A DNA stretch of 26,191 nt, taken from the IMG/VR virus record IMGVR_UViG_3300037424_001025, positions 1 through 26,191 of that record, one strand, 5' to 3'. Each line of letters opens with the position of its first letter. The stretch's first letter is position 1. The notes under the pieces are model-generated. The model saw nothing but the letters and a program-made list of their open reading frames with translations. It was not told the origin of the DNA and made no database searches. The position numbers and the translations under genes were made by a program. Positions 8,752-17,396 of the stretch are shown here, in pieces. This stretch comes from a virus. Its lineage: Duplodnaviria; Caudoviricetes.

Positions 8752-8781
8752 AGCGTATAGGAGACCTGCACGTGTCGTCAA
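8752..8781 (-). promoter_or_regulatory. SigA-like promoter for the glycosylation cluster
   Basis: TTGACG (8776-8781), 18 nt spacer, TACGCT (8752-8757), just downstream of the capsid terminator. Confidence 0.65.
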
Positions 8782-8797
8782 GGGTCCTACACGGCAA

Positions 8798-8825
8798 AGC
8801 CCCGGGAGCCGAAGCCCCCGGGGCT
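8798..8825 (-). terminator. Intrinsic terminator-like hairpin after the capsid gene
   Basis: AGCCCCGGG/CCCGGGGCT arms with a short T run on the minus strand. Confidence 0.7.
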
Positions 8826-8852
8826 CACCTTCCCCCACCTGGGAATGGTCGA

Positions 8853-10265
8853 TCAGTTGCTCGGGTCCGCGGTCAGGGTCACCTTGACGAAGGACTCGGG
8901 CCGCTTCACCGCGAGCGCCAGGCGCTCCTCGGCGAGCACGACGACCGCGTTGCGCACGAAGAAGTCCTCGTGCTGTTCAGCGATGCGGATGTTGGCCTGC
9001 TCACGGTCGTAGAGCTGGGCGCCGAGACCGAACGCACCGACGAGCGCAGTGCCCTCGTCGATCGCCGGCGTGTCGACGATCGGCATGCGCCACAGACGCT
9101 TCTCGCCGCCCACGGCCACCGCGATGGCGATGACGTAGTTGCCGTTCGCGTCCTTCCGCAGCTCCATCTTCTCCCAGTCGGAGGGGTGGAGCACCACGCC
9201 GGTCGGCTCGTAGTTCGCGAGGAACGAGAGCGTCGCGGCACGTCGGATGGCGTCTTCCTTCATGTCGGTAGCGACCGTGGCCTGCGAGTACGACAGGATG
9301 CCGGGCGTCTCGAGGATGCCGAGCAGGTCTTCGCTCGTGCCCGTGCCCTTGAGGATCTGGTAGTCCTCTTCGAGCTGGAGCCCGTAGAGCAGCTCGTTGT
9401 CGATGATGCCACGGAGTTGGGGTTCGTCCGCGATCACGTTGCGGTGGGCGACCTCCCAGTGCGCCACGGTCTTCGTGGTCGTCTGCTGGCCCTCGAACGC
9501 GAGGGTGGAGTGCGGCTTCGACCCGAACGCGCCCGACGCCCGCTCCGGGACCGGCGACGCCGCGTTCGTGAACCCGGTCACCCGGAAGAACTCGATCACA
9601 CCGGCGTCGGTCGACTGCACCGGGAACAGGTCACGGACCCGCACGGTGCGGTGGAGACGAGCCACGAGCGGGTCACGCTGCACACGACCGAACCGCCCCG
9701 GAGTGCCGGAGGGCAGGTCGGTGTAGACGTCCTTCGCCTCGCTTGCGGGGAGCCACAGCGACGCGATGTCCGCGCCCTTGATCTCCCACGGGACGGACAT
9801 CGTGTAGCCGCCCGACTTGCGGAACGACTGGAACTCCTCGGAGTCGAGGAACGCCGTACCGAGGGACTTGCCGTCGAGCTGCTTCTGCATCTCGTTGCCG
9901 ATCGCGGCGGCGAACGCCGTCGGGCTGCCCGCGGGGGCGTCGGCCCATTCCTTGTGGCCCGAGTGGCCTTCGAGCTCGGCGAGCAGGTCGCGCATCGCCT
10001 TCACTTCGGCGTTGTTGCCCTTGATGGTGTCGAGGTGCTTCTGCTCGATGACGGAGACGCCGTCTTCGACCTTGATCGCGGCGACGGCTTCCTCGTTCTC
10101 ACCGAGCTTGGTCTTGATCGCCGTCTTGATCTCGGCGATACGGTCCTTGGTCTCGGTGACGGTCGCGGTCGCACCGTCGCCGCCGCGGACACCGCCGCGC
10201 GCCATGATCGAACGGAACTTCGCCTGGCCGGTGGGGGACAGGCTCGAGATGTCGAGTGCGTTCAT
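8853..10265 (-). CDS. Major capsid protein, HK97 fold, with N-terminal coiled-coil (delta-like) domain
   Basis: 470 aa from MNALDISSL with RBS GGAGGG. VRDLFP, EEDYQILKGTG, HPSDW..MELRKDANGNY, RLWRMPIV, FVRNAVVVLAEERLALAVKRPESFV motifs. Confidence 0.95.
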   Translation of the reverse strand: MNALDISSLSPTGQAKFRSIMARGGVRGGDGATATVTETKDRIAEIKTAIKTKLGENEEAVAAIKVEDGVSVIEQKHLDTIKGNNAEVKAMRDLLAELEGHSGHKEWADAPAGSPTAFAAAIGNEMQKQLDGKSLGTAFLDSEEFQSFRKSGGYTMSVPWEIKGADIASLWLPASEAKDVYTDLPSGTPGRFGRVQRDPLVARLHRTVRVRDLFPVQSTDAGVIEFFRVTGFTNAASPVPERASGAFGSKPHSTLAFEGQQTTTKTVAHWEVAHRNVIADEPQLRGIIDNELLYGLQLEEDYQILKGTGTSEDLLGILETPGILSYSQATVATDMKEDAIRRAATLSFLANYEPTGVVLHPSDWEKMELRKDANGNYVIAIAVAVGGEKRLWRMPIVDTPAIDEGTALVGAFGLGAQLYDREQANIRIAEQHEDFFVRNAVVVLAEERLALAVKRPESFVKVTLTADPSN

Positions 10266-10330
10266 GATGCTGACCCTCCGGGGGAGGCAGGGACGGCCGT
10301 GGCCGTCGCGGACGTTGGCTGGTGTCCGCT

Positions 10331-10349
10331 GGGTCAGCACCCACGCGAT
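10331..10349 (-). promoter_or_regulatory. Conserved 5' leader motif (capsid mRNA), complementary to the RBS-start region
   Basis: GGTGCTGACCC can pair with GGGTCAGCATC immediately before the ATG. 18/19 match to 687-705. Confidence 0.65.
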
Positions 10350-10357
10350 CGAGCAGG

Positions 10358-10384
10358 AGTATACGTCCAGGCCACTAGACGGAT
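10358..10384 (-). promoter_or_regulatory. Putative late promoter: palindromic box overlapping TATACT
   Basis: ATCCGTCTAG-tggc-CTGGACGTATACT, with arms identical to those at 714-740. Confidence 0.75.
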
Positions 10385-10399
10385 TGGGGATGGGCGCGC

Positions 10400-10433
10400 A
10401 ACGGCCCCGCCCTCGTGGGGGAGCGGGGCCGTT
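10400..10433. terminator. Hairpin after the protease gene
   Basis: AACGGCCCCGC/GCGGGGCCGTT 11-bp perfect arms, intergenic. Confidence 0.7.
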
Positions 10434-10461
10434 TGTCGCTCGCGTGGGGGACGCGATCTGC

Positions 10462-11592
10462 CTACCGGTCGAGCATCTCCGCTTCCAGTTCGGACTGCTC
10501 ACGCACGATGGCCGCGACGTCAACGGGGACGAGCTTCTCCCCGTTCTCGGGTGTCTCGTCACCCGTGGCGTCGTCTGCGCTGGCGCCAGCCCCTTCGGTC
10601 GCGGCACCTTCCGCCGTGGGCGCGAGCACCTTCTCGTCGCCACCTTCGCCCTCCCCGGCCGCGTCGAGAAGCTCGGTGATGGCCGTCTGCATCGTCCGCA
10701 GCCGTTCGACGTTCGTGGCCGAGAGCACCCGCCCGGCCTTCTGCTCCACCTCGTGGGCCGCGCGCGCCTTCGTGACGATGACCTGCTCCACCTCAACCTC
10801 GGTCGGCACCCCCAGCGAGATGGTCGTGCCGTCGTCGACGTAGGGCACCTGCCAGTAGGTCTCGTCGCCGTTGACCTCGTACACGCAGACCACCACCCGG
10901 TCGGGGTAGGTCGCGATCGCGTACGCGTAGGACCGGCGGTCACCGTCGGCCGCGAGAAGCAGCAGGTCCCGGACCGCGATCATCACGCGGTCGCGGAGAT
11001 CCTCGAAGCTGCCCGTGAAGCCCTTGCCGTCGAGCGACTTCATCGCCGTCGTCCCGGTGCCGGGGGCCATGCCGAACGGCACGTGGGACCACTCGTACCA
11101 CTCGAGGCTGTGGATCGTGCGCACGCCCGTCTTCGCGTCGAACGTCGCGTCACCCGCCCGCGTCGCGTAGCCGATCGAGAACTCCTGCTCGTCGCCGTAG
11201 AACTTGAGCTCCTCCCAGGCGTCGCGGCCCTTCTGCGTCGCGAGGTTGTACTGCGCCTCGACGCGCACAGCTCCGGCCTTCGGGCCGAGTGCCTTCACCC
11301 GGGCGGGTAGGCGCATGTCGCCCGGCGGCACCTCCTCGAAGGCCAGCGCCTTCGACACCAAGTCGCCGAGGTCGTGGTGGTATGCGCCCTTCGGCTTGCG
11401 GGCCTTGATCGTCTCCGCGTACGCGCCCGCTTCGATCAGGTCCTTGCCGTGGTCGACGATGCCGGTCGTCGACACCCACAGCTCGGCGATGCCCTTCTCG
11501 TCGTCGAGCACCTTCACGCCGAGCGCCGGCATGCTCTTCTGCTCGAGACCGGATGCGATCGTCGCCGTCTTCGTCTGGAGGTCCGTAGTCAT
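10462..11592 (-). CDS. HK97-family prohead maturation protease with C-terminal extension
   Basis: VDHGKDLIEAGAY, AYHHD, EFSIGY, LEWYEWSHVPFGM motifs. Acidic C-terminal tail containing KAGRVLSATN. Confidence 0.92.
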   Translation of the reverse strand: MTTDLQTKTATIASGLEQKSMPALGVKVLDDEKGIAELWVSTTGIVDHGKDLIEAGAYAETIKARKPKGAYHHDLGDLVSKALAFEEVPPGDMRLPARVKALGPKAGAVRVEAQYNLATQKGRDAWEELKFYGDEQEFSIGYATRAGDATFDAKTGVRTIHSLEWYEWSHVPFGMAPGTGTTAMKSLDGKGFTGSFEDLRDRVMIAVRDLLLLAADGDRRSYAYAIATYPDRVVVCVYEVNGDETYWQVPYVDDGTTISLGVPTEVEVEQVIVTKARAAHEVEQKAGRVLSATNVERLRTMQTAITELLDAAGEGEGGDEKVLAPTAEGAATEGAGASADDATGDETPENGEKLVPVDVAAIVREQSELEAEMLDR

Positions 11593-11753
11593 CGTGTTCT
11601 TCCCTTCCGTCGGCCCCGTCGCTTCGACGTGGGCTCCGGTTCGACGTCTTCGACGTCATCGGTCTTCGCGGCCTGGGTGCGGCGCGCCGGCATGGCGAGG
11701 CCGAACGACCGCGGCTCGTTCTTGAAACGCCACTCGCGGCCCTGGTACGTCAC
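11589..11753 (-). CDS. Hypothetical protein (54 aa)
   Basis: GTGA and ATGA overlaps with its neighbours. Starts MTYQGREWRF. Confidence 0.55.
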   Translation of the reverse strand: MTYQGREWRFKNEPRSFGLAMPARRTQAAKTDDVEDVEPEPTSKRRGRRKGRTR

Positions 11754-12055
11754 GCCTCCCGCCAGACGTGGCCCTCGTCGAGGTAGCCGTGCCAGAACGG
11801 CTGCCTGCCCCGGTCGTAGGTGAGGATCGACGCGCGCACCTCGATCGACCCGTCCGAGCACTCGCGGAACGTCCACGGTGGCTCGGTGATCCGGTTGAGC
11901 TGCACGGTGAAGCCGTCGGCAGCGCGGTCGGGGTCGTTCTTCGGCAGCCAGAACCAGAGAGCCCGGTCGTCCTCACCCGCGGTGCCGTGCGGGTTGAGGT
12001 AGTAGTCGCCCGGCTGGGTGATCTCCTCGACGGAGTCGACGCGACGGCCGATCAC
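11750..12055 (-). CDS. DUF6527-like protein
   Basis: PPWTF...SIEVRASIL....WHGYLDEGHVW resembles DUF6527. GTG at 12055 overlaps the portal stop. Confidence 0.6.
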   Translation of the reverse strand: MIGRRVDSVEEITQPGDYYLNPHGTAGEDDRALWFWLPKNDPDRAADGFTVQLNRITEPPWTFRECSDGSIEVRASILTYDRGRQPFWHGYLDEGHVWREA

Positions 12056-14247
12056 GCGGTCACGCTCCCAACATCGAAGATGAGTGTGCAACGGCAGTTG
12101 ATGACGTCGCCTGCGGCGCCGTTCGGGTCTCCCGGGTACTCGAGGCGGCTGTCGCCGATGTCGAACGTGTCGTCCATGGCAACGATCTCGCCGTCGGCCT
12201 TGCGGTGCGAGTCGCGCGTCCGCGTGTCAGGTGTGGCCAACCAGACCTTCTTCTCGACGCCTGCCTGGAAGCCTGCCTCGAGCGATGCGCTGTTCGCCGC
12301 GCTGACAACTTCGGTGCGTGCGATCGTCTCGGCGCGTGCACCCACCGCGTCGGCGAAGACGGACTTCACTCGGGCCGCGAGTTCGTCGATCGTCTCGCCG
12401 GCCTGTTCCCCTTCGGCCAGAGTCGCCTTGATCGCGTCAAACGTGGTGTCGTTGATACCGACGATCCGGTTGACCTGCTCCTCGATGCGTTTCGTGACAC
12501 GCTCGTCGTGGAAGTCGAACCCCCATCCTCCGGGGCTCGAGGTCGTACGCAACGCGGACATGGTCTCGTCACCGAAGTCCTCGACGACAGCTTCGACCCA
12601 GGCCGCGGCGTCGGTACGGAGCTGCTCGTTCCAGCCCTCGCTGTCGAAGAGGGAGTCGGGCGGGATTGCCTTGCGCTGCCAGGTCGGGTCTCCGTCGGGG
12701 CGACGTTCGATCTGGTCGCGCGACTTCTTGCTCGTCAGCTTCGCGAGCACCACGCGTTCCTGACGGCCGAAGAACCGGACCATCTGGCCCTGGATGCTCT
12801 TCTCCCAACGTCGGAGACGACGGTCGGCGTCCTTGCGGAGCTGGTCGGCGGCCTTCGCGTCGACGTGCAGCTCCCCGTACTGGACGTCCCATTCGGCGTC
12901 CTTCGTCTCGAGTGCCTTCGCGGCTTCGGGAGGGACGGGCGTCTCGTCTGTCGGTGTGGTGCCGTCGGCCACAGCCTGGTCCGGGGGTGTGTTCACGACG
13001 ATCGGAGCGGGATCTTCACCGACTCGGACGCGCAGCACGTCCTCACCCACCGGTTCACGGCCCGTGAGCGCGCGGTACTCGTCGACGCTGATGGCCTCGG
13101 CCGCAAGCTCCGTCAATGCGTACGCCTCCCGGTTGCGGCGGTCGCGGTCGAGGATCGGGATGTCGCCGTAGTCCCATCCGAGGTAGTGCGTCACGTCGGG
13201 GTCGAGACGGTGCATCCCGCGGCCGATCAGCGCGTTGTGTGGCTGCATCGTCTCCTGCCAGAAGATGTCCCGCTCCGCCTCGGCATTATCGAAGGTACGG
13301 CCCGACGCGTTGCCGAGGATCGACTCCGGCGTCCCGAACGCGATCAGCGTCTCTTCCTTCGCGAGCTGGCGCGACTTCTCGTACTGCGCGTCGCGCGGGT
13401 TCACCGACGTGTCGACGAAGTTCGACTCGCCGACACCGTCGAGGAGGCTGATGCGACCGGCGCCGGCAGGTCCCGGCCGGTTGAAGCGTGAGAGGAGCTC
13501 GTCGGCGTCGTCGTCGTCGAGTTCCTCCTGGAAGGTGAGGATGCCGCCCGGCCGCCCGTCGTTCTGCATGAAGTTCCGGTTCCACAGCCGCGCGTAGTAG
13601 TCGATCTCGATCGACAATCCCGCAGCCTCCAGCGGCGTCATCCGCAGGTACGGGTTGGTCGGGTGGGGAAGCCCGATCCACAGCACGTCCTCGGGCGCCA
13701 GGGTGCGCTTCTGCCCGTCACCCATGTCGACGCGGTAGCCCGACACGTAGGTTCTCGGGTCGGGGATCGGGAGCGTCTGGCCGGGTGGCAGCAGGTACAG
13801 CTCGATCGGGTCGCCGACACGGTTGCGGACGATCTCGACGAACGCCCCACGACGGGAGAGGTCGACCTGCGCGGAGAGCATGTACCGCCAGGACCATGCG
13901 TCCTGGTACGGGTTGGGGTTCCCGTTGAGCAGCGCCGCGATCGCGCTGTCGGTGATCTCGTCGCCCTTCTCTGGGTCACCGACGCGCATGACGGCACGCA
14001 ACTTCGCGTGGTTCTTCGCCTTCGCGTCGACGGCCTTGAAGACCCACACGACACGCTTGACCGCACGTTCGATCGCTCGGTCGACGTCCCAACCGTCGTG
14101 GTATGGCTCGCCTCCGCGTACCGGCGCCGCGCCGAACGAGGTCGACTTGCCCTGGGTGGGCGCGTCGTCGTTCGATCGGCCGACCGTCGTGACTTCCTTG
14201 GTGGCGACATCGGTCGCGCGGCCGAGGTCGGGCAGGAAGCCCTTCAC
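12052..14247 (-). CDS. Phage portal protein fused to a Mu gpF-like minor head domain
   Basis: HK97-type portal motifs (VWVFKAV, RNFMQNDGRPGGIL, AFGTPESILG) followed by RAETIARTE, KKVWLAT.D.RTRDSH, YPGDP..AAGDVINCRC. GTG start overlaps the upstream stop. Confidence 0.93.
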   Translation of the reverse strand: MKGFLPDLGRATDVATKEVTTVGRSNDDAPTQGKSTSFGAAPVRGGEPYHDGWDVDRAIERAVKRVVWVFKAVDAKAKNHAKLRAVMRVGDPEKGDEITDSAIAALLNGNPNPYQDAWSWRYMLSAQVDLSRRGAFVEIVRNRVGDPIELYLLPPGQTLPIPDPRTYVSGYRVDMGDGQKRTLAPEDVLWIGLPHPTNPYLRMTPLEAAGLSIEIDYYARLWNRNFMQNDGRPGGILTFQEELDDDDADELLSRFNRPGPAGAGRISLLDGVGESNFVDTSVNPRDAQYEKSRQLAKEETLIAFGTPESILGNASGRTFDNAEAERDIFWQETMQPHNALIGRGMHRLDPDVTHYLGWDYGDIPILDRDRRNREAYALTELAAEAISVDEYRALTGREPVGEDVLRVRVGEDPAPIVVNTPPDQAVADGTTPTDETPVPPEAAKALETKDAEWDVQYGELHVDAKAADQLRKDADRRLRRWEKSIQGQMVRFFGRQERVVLAKLTSKKSRDQIERRPDGDPTWQRKAIPPDSLFDSEGWNEQLRTDAAAWVEAVVEDFGDETMSALRTTSSPGGWGFDFHDERVTKRIEEQVNRIVGINDTTFDAIKATLAEGEQAGETIDELAARVKSVFADAVGARAETIARTEVVSAANSASLEAGFQAGVEKKVWLATPDTRTRDSHRKADGEIVAMDDTFDIGDSRLEYPGDPNGAAGDVINCRCTLIFDVGSVTA

Positions 14248-14429
14248 GAGCGCCAGCCGACGAGGAGCGCGATGGTCAGCGCGGCCCCGGCCGCTGCGAA
14301 ACATCCCGCCGCGGGGCCGAGCAGGAATCCGCCGACGATCAACGCGACGACGAAGACTGCGAGCGCACCCACCGCTGTCGCCTCGCGCGGCGTCAGCCCG
14401 CGGGGCGCGTCACCATCGGAGTCCGGCAT
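14244..14429 (-). CDS. Small two-TM membrane protein preceding portal
   Basis: 61 aa, two hydrophobic segments, typical position upstream of HK97-type portals. Confidence 0.7.
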   Translation of the reverse strand: MPDSDGDAPRGLTPREATAVGALAVFVVALIVGGFLLGPAAGCFAAAGAALTIALLVGWRS

Positions 14430-14436
14430 GCGCCGG

Positions 14437-14470
14437 AGTGTATCGAATCCGTCTAGCCCACTGGACGGAT
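14437..14470 (-). promoter_or_regulatory. Putative leaderless late promoter for the head operon
   Basis: Box ATCCGTCTAG-ccca-CTGGACGGAT (14447-14470), TACACT -10 at 14437-14442, ATG 7 nt downstream. Confidence 0.75.
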
Positions 14471-14472
14471 GC

Positions 14473-14829
14473 TCATGAGCGAGGCCTCACCGTCCACGCG
14501 CTCGCCTGGATTCGGCGCACATGGGGGAACTTGGCCGTACAGGCTGCCGCGAACTCGGCGGCGACGTAGGCGTTGCGCCAATCGAACCGTGTCCCCGCTG
14601 CGCGGAGGTCGGCTACCGCGGCACGCAGCCGAGGGTCGGTCACGCGGGCGAACATTTTCGGGAGGGACGCAAGCATCTCGACGTCCGGCACGCCTTCCAC
14701 CCCCCAGTGATCGTAGATCGCCGCGGCAGCGAGACAGCCTGCCTTGCCGGTGCGCGAGGCTGTCGCAGCAGTGGCCGGCGCGGCGAGCAGGCCGACCACG
14801 AGCATCGCGATGGGGAGCACCCGCCTCAT
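14473..14829 (-). CDS. Hypothetical secreted protein
   Basis: Sec-type signal peptide MRRVLPIAMLVVGLLAAPATA. Two Cys in the mature part. Confidence 0.7.
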   Translation of the reverse strand: MRRVLPIAMLVVGLLAAPATAATASRTGKAGCLAAAAIYDHWGVEGVPDVEMLASLPKMFARVTDPRLRAAVADLRAAGTRFDWRNAYVAAEFAAACTAKFPHVRRIQASAWTVRPRS

Positions 14830-14840
14830 GGGCGGGCAGG

Positions 14841-15005
14841 CTACCCCTCAGTGCACTGGTGGTCCGTGCCGTTCCTGTTGACCCAACGCCACCCTGGCCG
14901 GGCCGCGGCCACCTCGCGGCCACGCCGGTTGACGGCGCGCCCCGGAGGCACGAGTCGCACCGAGGCGCCACAGCGTTCGCACTTGCCGGGCAGCAGGACG
15001 CTCAT
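14841..15005 (-). CDS. Small Zn-ribbon-like protein (54 aa)
   Basis: CERCG...HQC. ATG overlaps the methyltransferase stop. Confidence 0.6.
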   Translation of the reverse strand: MSVLLPGKCERCGASVRLVPPGRAVNRRGREVAAARPGWRWVNRNGTDHQCTEG

Positions 15006-16876
15006 CGCTGGCCCCGCAGGGTCGCCATGCACCGCTCGGTGATCCAGTTCGCCACCGGTGGGGTCACCGCGTTCCCGAGGCCGCTGGTCATCTGCGTCTT
15101 GTTGCCGAGCAGGATGTAGTCGTCCCCGAACGCCATCGTGCGGCGCAGCTCCGGGTCCGGCTCGAGCATGCGGAACCGCACCGAGCCGAGCTCGTCGTCG
15201 GTGATCTGATCGAACGGCACCGCCTCGATCGACGCGAGCGCGTGACGGGCGTGCGTCATCACCGTCGCGAGCTGCTCGCTGATCGCTATGGGGTCGGAGC
15301 GGAACTGCTCCACCCAGGGCAGCACGAGCAGCCCGGTCGTGTCGCGTCCGGTGATTGTGCCGAACGGGTCGGCGACGTCGTGCCAGGCGGTGTCCCCGGG
15401 GCCGCCGTTCTGCTTCGTGAACAGGGCGGGGGAGACGAGACCGTGGTGGAAGCCGCCTGCCGTGACCGTGTGCGCGGGGTCCGTGACGGCATGCTGGCCG
15501 GAGGTGATGGAACCACCGCCGCGCATCTCGACGAGCGCCGACATGTGGGCGAAGCCGAAGTTCTGCGACGCCGCGAGGGTGAACATCGGGTCGACGAGCG
15601 ACCGCGCCCGCGTCTGGCCCGGGCGTTCCCAGTCGTTTCCGTGCACCGGGAACGACACGCCGTTGAAGAGGGCGAGCGACTGGGTAGGGCTCGCGGTGAC
15701 CGCGCCGAGGGGCGACCCGAGCGGATGCCCGCGGTACTTCGCCTCGGCCGCATCGCCGTTGTTCTTGATGATCGAGCCCTGGACGAGCAGTGCCTTGTCC
15801 TGCTGCGTCGTCTGCGTCACGAACGGCTCGAGCACCGAACGGTCAGATCCCCAGATCGCCTTGCAGGGGACGACCACCGGTGGGCCGTTGCGGAACTTCC
15901 CGAGCGCCCGCCGGATGCGGTCCTCGGTCGAGTCCGCCAGGTCGGGCATGCCGAGCGAGGCGCGCTCGTCGAGGCGCGGGCCGAGGTTCGCCCAGTTGAT
16001 CGCGCTGTACGCCGGCCACTGCACCGGCAGCACCTCACGGCTGCAGTCCGGGCACGCGTACACGTACTGCGACCCGTGCTTCCCCCACCGCTCCAGCGGC
16101 CACGACGCCTTGCGCGGCTTCCACGCCTGGACTGCCTGCACGATCTTCCCGCCGCACCGTTCGCTTGTGCAGCACGCCGTCGGCCGGTAGTCCAGGTCCG
16201 GCTTCTGGTTGCCCTTCCGCCACGCCACGATGTAGATCCGGTCGCGCGACTGCGGACACGGCGGGAAGAACCCCGAGTTGAAGAAGCACTGCTCGTGCTC
16301 GTAGCCGAGGAGCTCCAACTCTCGGATCCACCACTGGAACGTCGATCCGTCACGGCCGGGGCCCCAGTGGCAGTTGTGCACCACCTGGCCGTCGGCGATG
16401 AAGCTCTCGTCGTCGGCGACCGTGATGTCGTAGACGGTGACCTGCGTTCGGCACGGGTCGACTGAGCGGACGCGGCCCCAGCGGTGCAGGTCGCCTTGCC
16501 AGGACTTCGACCAGTCGGGCTTGGCGTCCCAGTCGACTGAATACGCGGCGCGGCTCTGCATGAGCAGCGCGCGGCTGTTGTCGGCGATCGGCAGCGTGAC
16601 GCGCGCTCGACGTCGCGTGATGTTCGCGACGTAGCCGAGGGACCCGGCGAGCATCTTGACGCCGACGGCCAACGCACGGGAGACGGAGACGGTCGTCACC
16701 CGTCCGTCCTCCCGCTCGTGGCCGTCGGCGTCCACGTAGCCGTCGAGCAACGCGTGTCGCTGCGCTTCCTCCGCGGAGAAGATCCAGCCCGGCATCCGCT
16801 TGCCCTCGGCGTGCTCACCGAAGTTGGCACGGAGCCAGGCGTGCACCTTCTGGTCGGCGAGTTCGAACACCTGCAC
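15002..16876 (-). pseudogene. 5'-truncated DNA cytosine-C5 methyltransferase preceded by a C-terminal intein half
   Basis: Has motif VIII (PQSRDRIYIV), IX (RFRMLEP..ELRRTMAF) and X (GLGNAVTPPVA). Motifs I, IV (PC) and VI (ENV) are absent. The frame is closed upstream by a stop at 16940. Confidence 0.85.
16373..16876 (-). mobile_element. Intein remnant (second LAGLIDADG block and C-terminal splice junction)
   Basis: ALLDGYVDADG, and VYDITVADDESFIADGQVVHN/C junction (Asn 16373-16375, Cys+1 16370-16372). No N-terminal splicing blocks. Confidence 0.88.
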
Positions 16877-17220
16877 TGAGTCGGTGTGCTGCCACCGGGC
16901 TGCCCGTTCACCACGCAGCCAGCCCGGACGAGCGCCAAGTCAGCGAGGTCGATGTTGCCCCACTCGCCGTCGGGGCAGAGCTGCGAACGGACGAACCCGA
17001 ACGCCTGCCAGGTCTGCGGGTTGAGCTCGGCGATGTACCAATCCCACCCGCCGACGAAGTAGTGCAGATGCAGCACCTTCTCCTCGAGCGGGTCGGTCTC
17101 GGTGGTGTAGAGCGCCGGGATCTTCTTGAGGTCGGAGAGCGGCGGCTGGAAGCGGTGCCCTCTCCGGTAATCGTTCGCCTTGACCTGCGGGTCGAGGCGA
17201 AGGTTGAGCGCGGTCGTCAC
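16696..17220 (-). pseudogene. DUF2958-like protein, 3' end probably replaced by out-of-frame intein sequence
   Basis: IPALY.TE..PLEEKVLHLHYFVGGWDWYIAE..P...AFGFV....EWG..DL. After about aa 110 it reads as shadow translation of the intein. RBS AAGGGGA. Confidence 0.7.
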
Positions 17221-17255
17221 GGTGTCCCCTTCGTCCGGCGTGTAGGTATAGGGAC

Positions 17256-17284
17256 ACTATACCAGGCGGGGGTCTCGCCGTCAA
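17256..17284 (-). promoter_or_regulatory. Near-consensus SigA promoter
   Basis: TTGACG, 17 nt spacer, TATAGT upstream of the DUF2958-like gene. Confidence 0.8.
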
Positions 17285-17326
17285 GAGGAGGAGACGGGAT
17301 AGGACAGCTCGACACTCCGTCTAGGA

Positions 17327-17342
17327 CGTTTCACGTGGAACA
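17327..17342. promoter_or_regulatory. parS: parS-like site
   Basis: TGTTCCACGTGAAACG (minus strand) matches 15/16 of consensus TGTTNCACGTGAAACA. Intergenic. Confidence 0.7.
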
Positions 17343-17355
17343 TCGACCAGACGCG

Positions 17356-17392
17356 ACGATGCCCCCGGAGGGTGGTCTCCGAGGGGCATCGT
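17356..17392 (-). terminator. Hairpin immediately 3' of tRNA-Met
   Basis: ACGATGCCCC-CGGAG / CTCCG-A-GGGGCATCGT, 15-bp stem with one bulge. Confidence 0.75.
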
Positions 17393-17396
17393 GTAG

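Noticed and set aside
10266-10943. 226-aa N-terminal extension of the capsid ORF
   Set aside because: Overlaps the protease gene and crosses a terminator and promoter. The RBS supports ATG at 10265.
1178-13491. Long plus-strand ORFs (e.g. 1178-2536, 8529-10679, 9817-11310, 12205-13491)
   Set aside because: Antisense shadows of well-supported minus-strand genes in high-GC DNA, with no motifs or RBS.
17340-17396. HDV-like (theta) ribozyme 3' of tRNA-Met
   Set aside because: The downstream sequence is a single long hairpin and I could not build the nested double pseudoknot.
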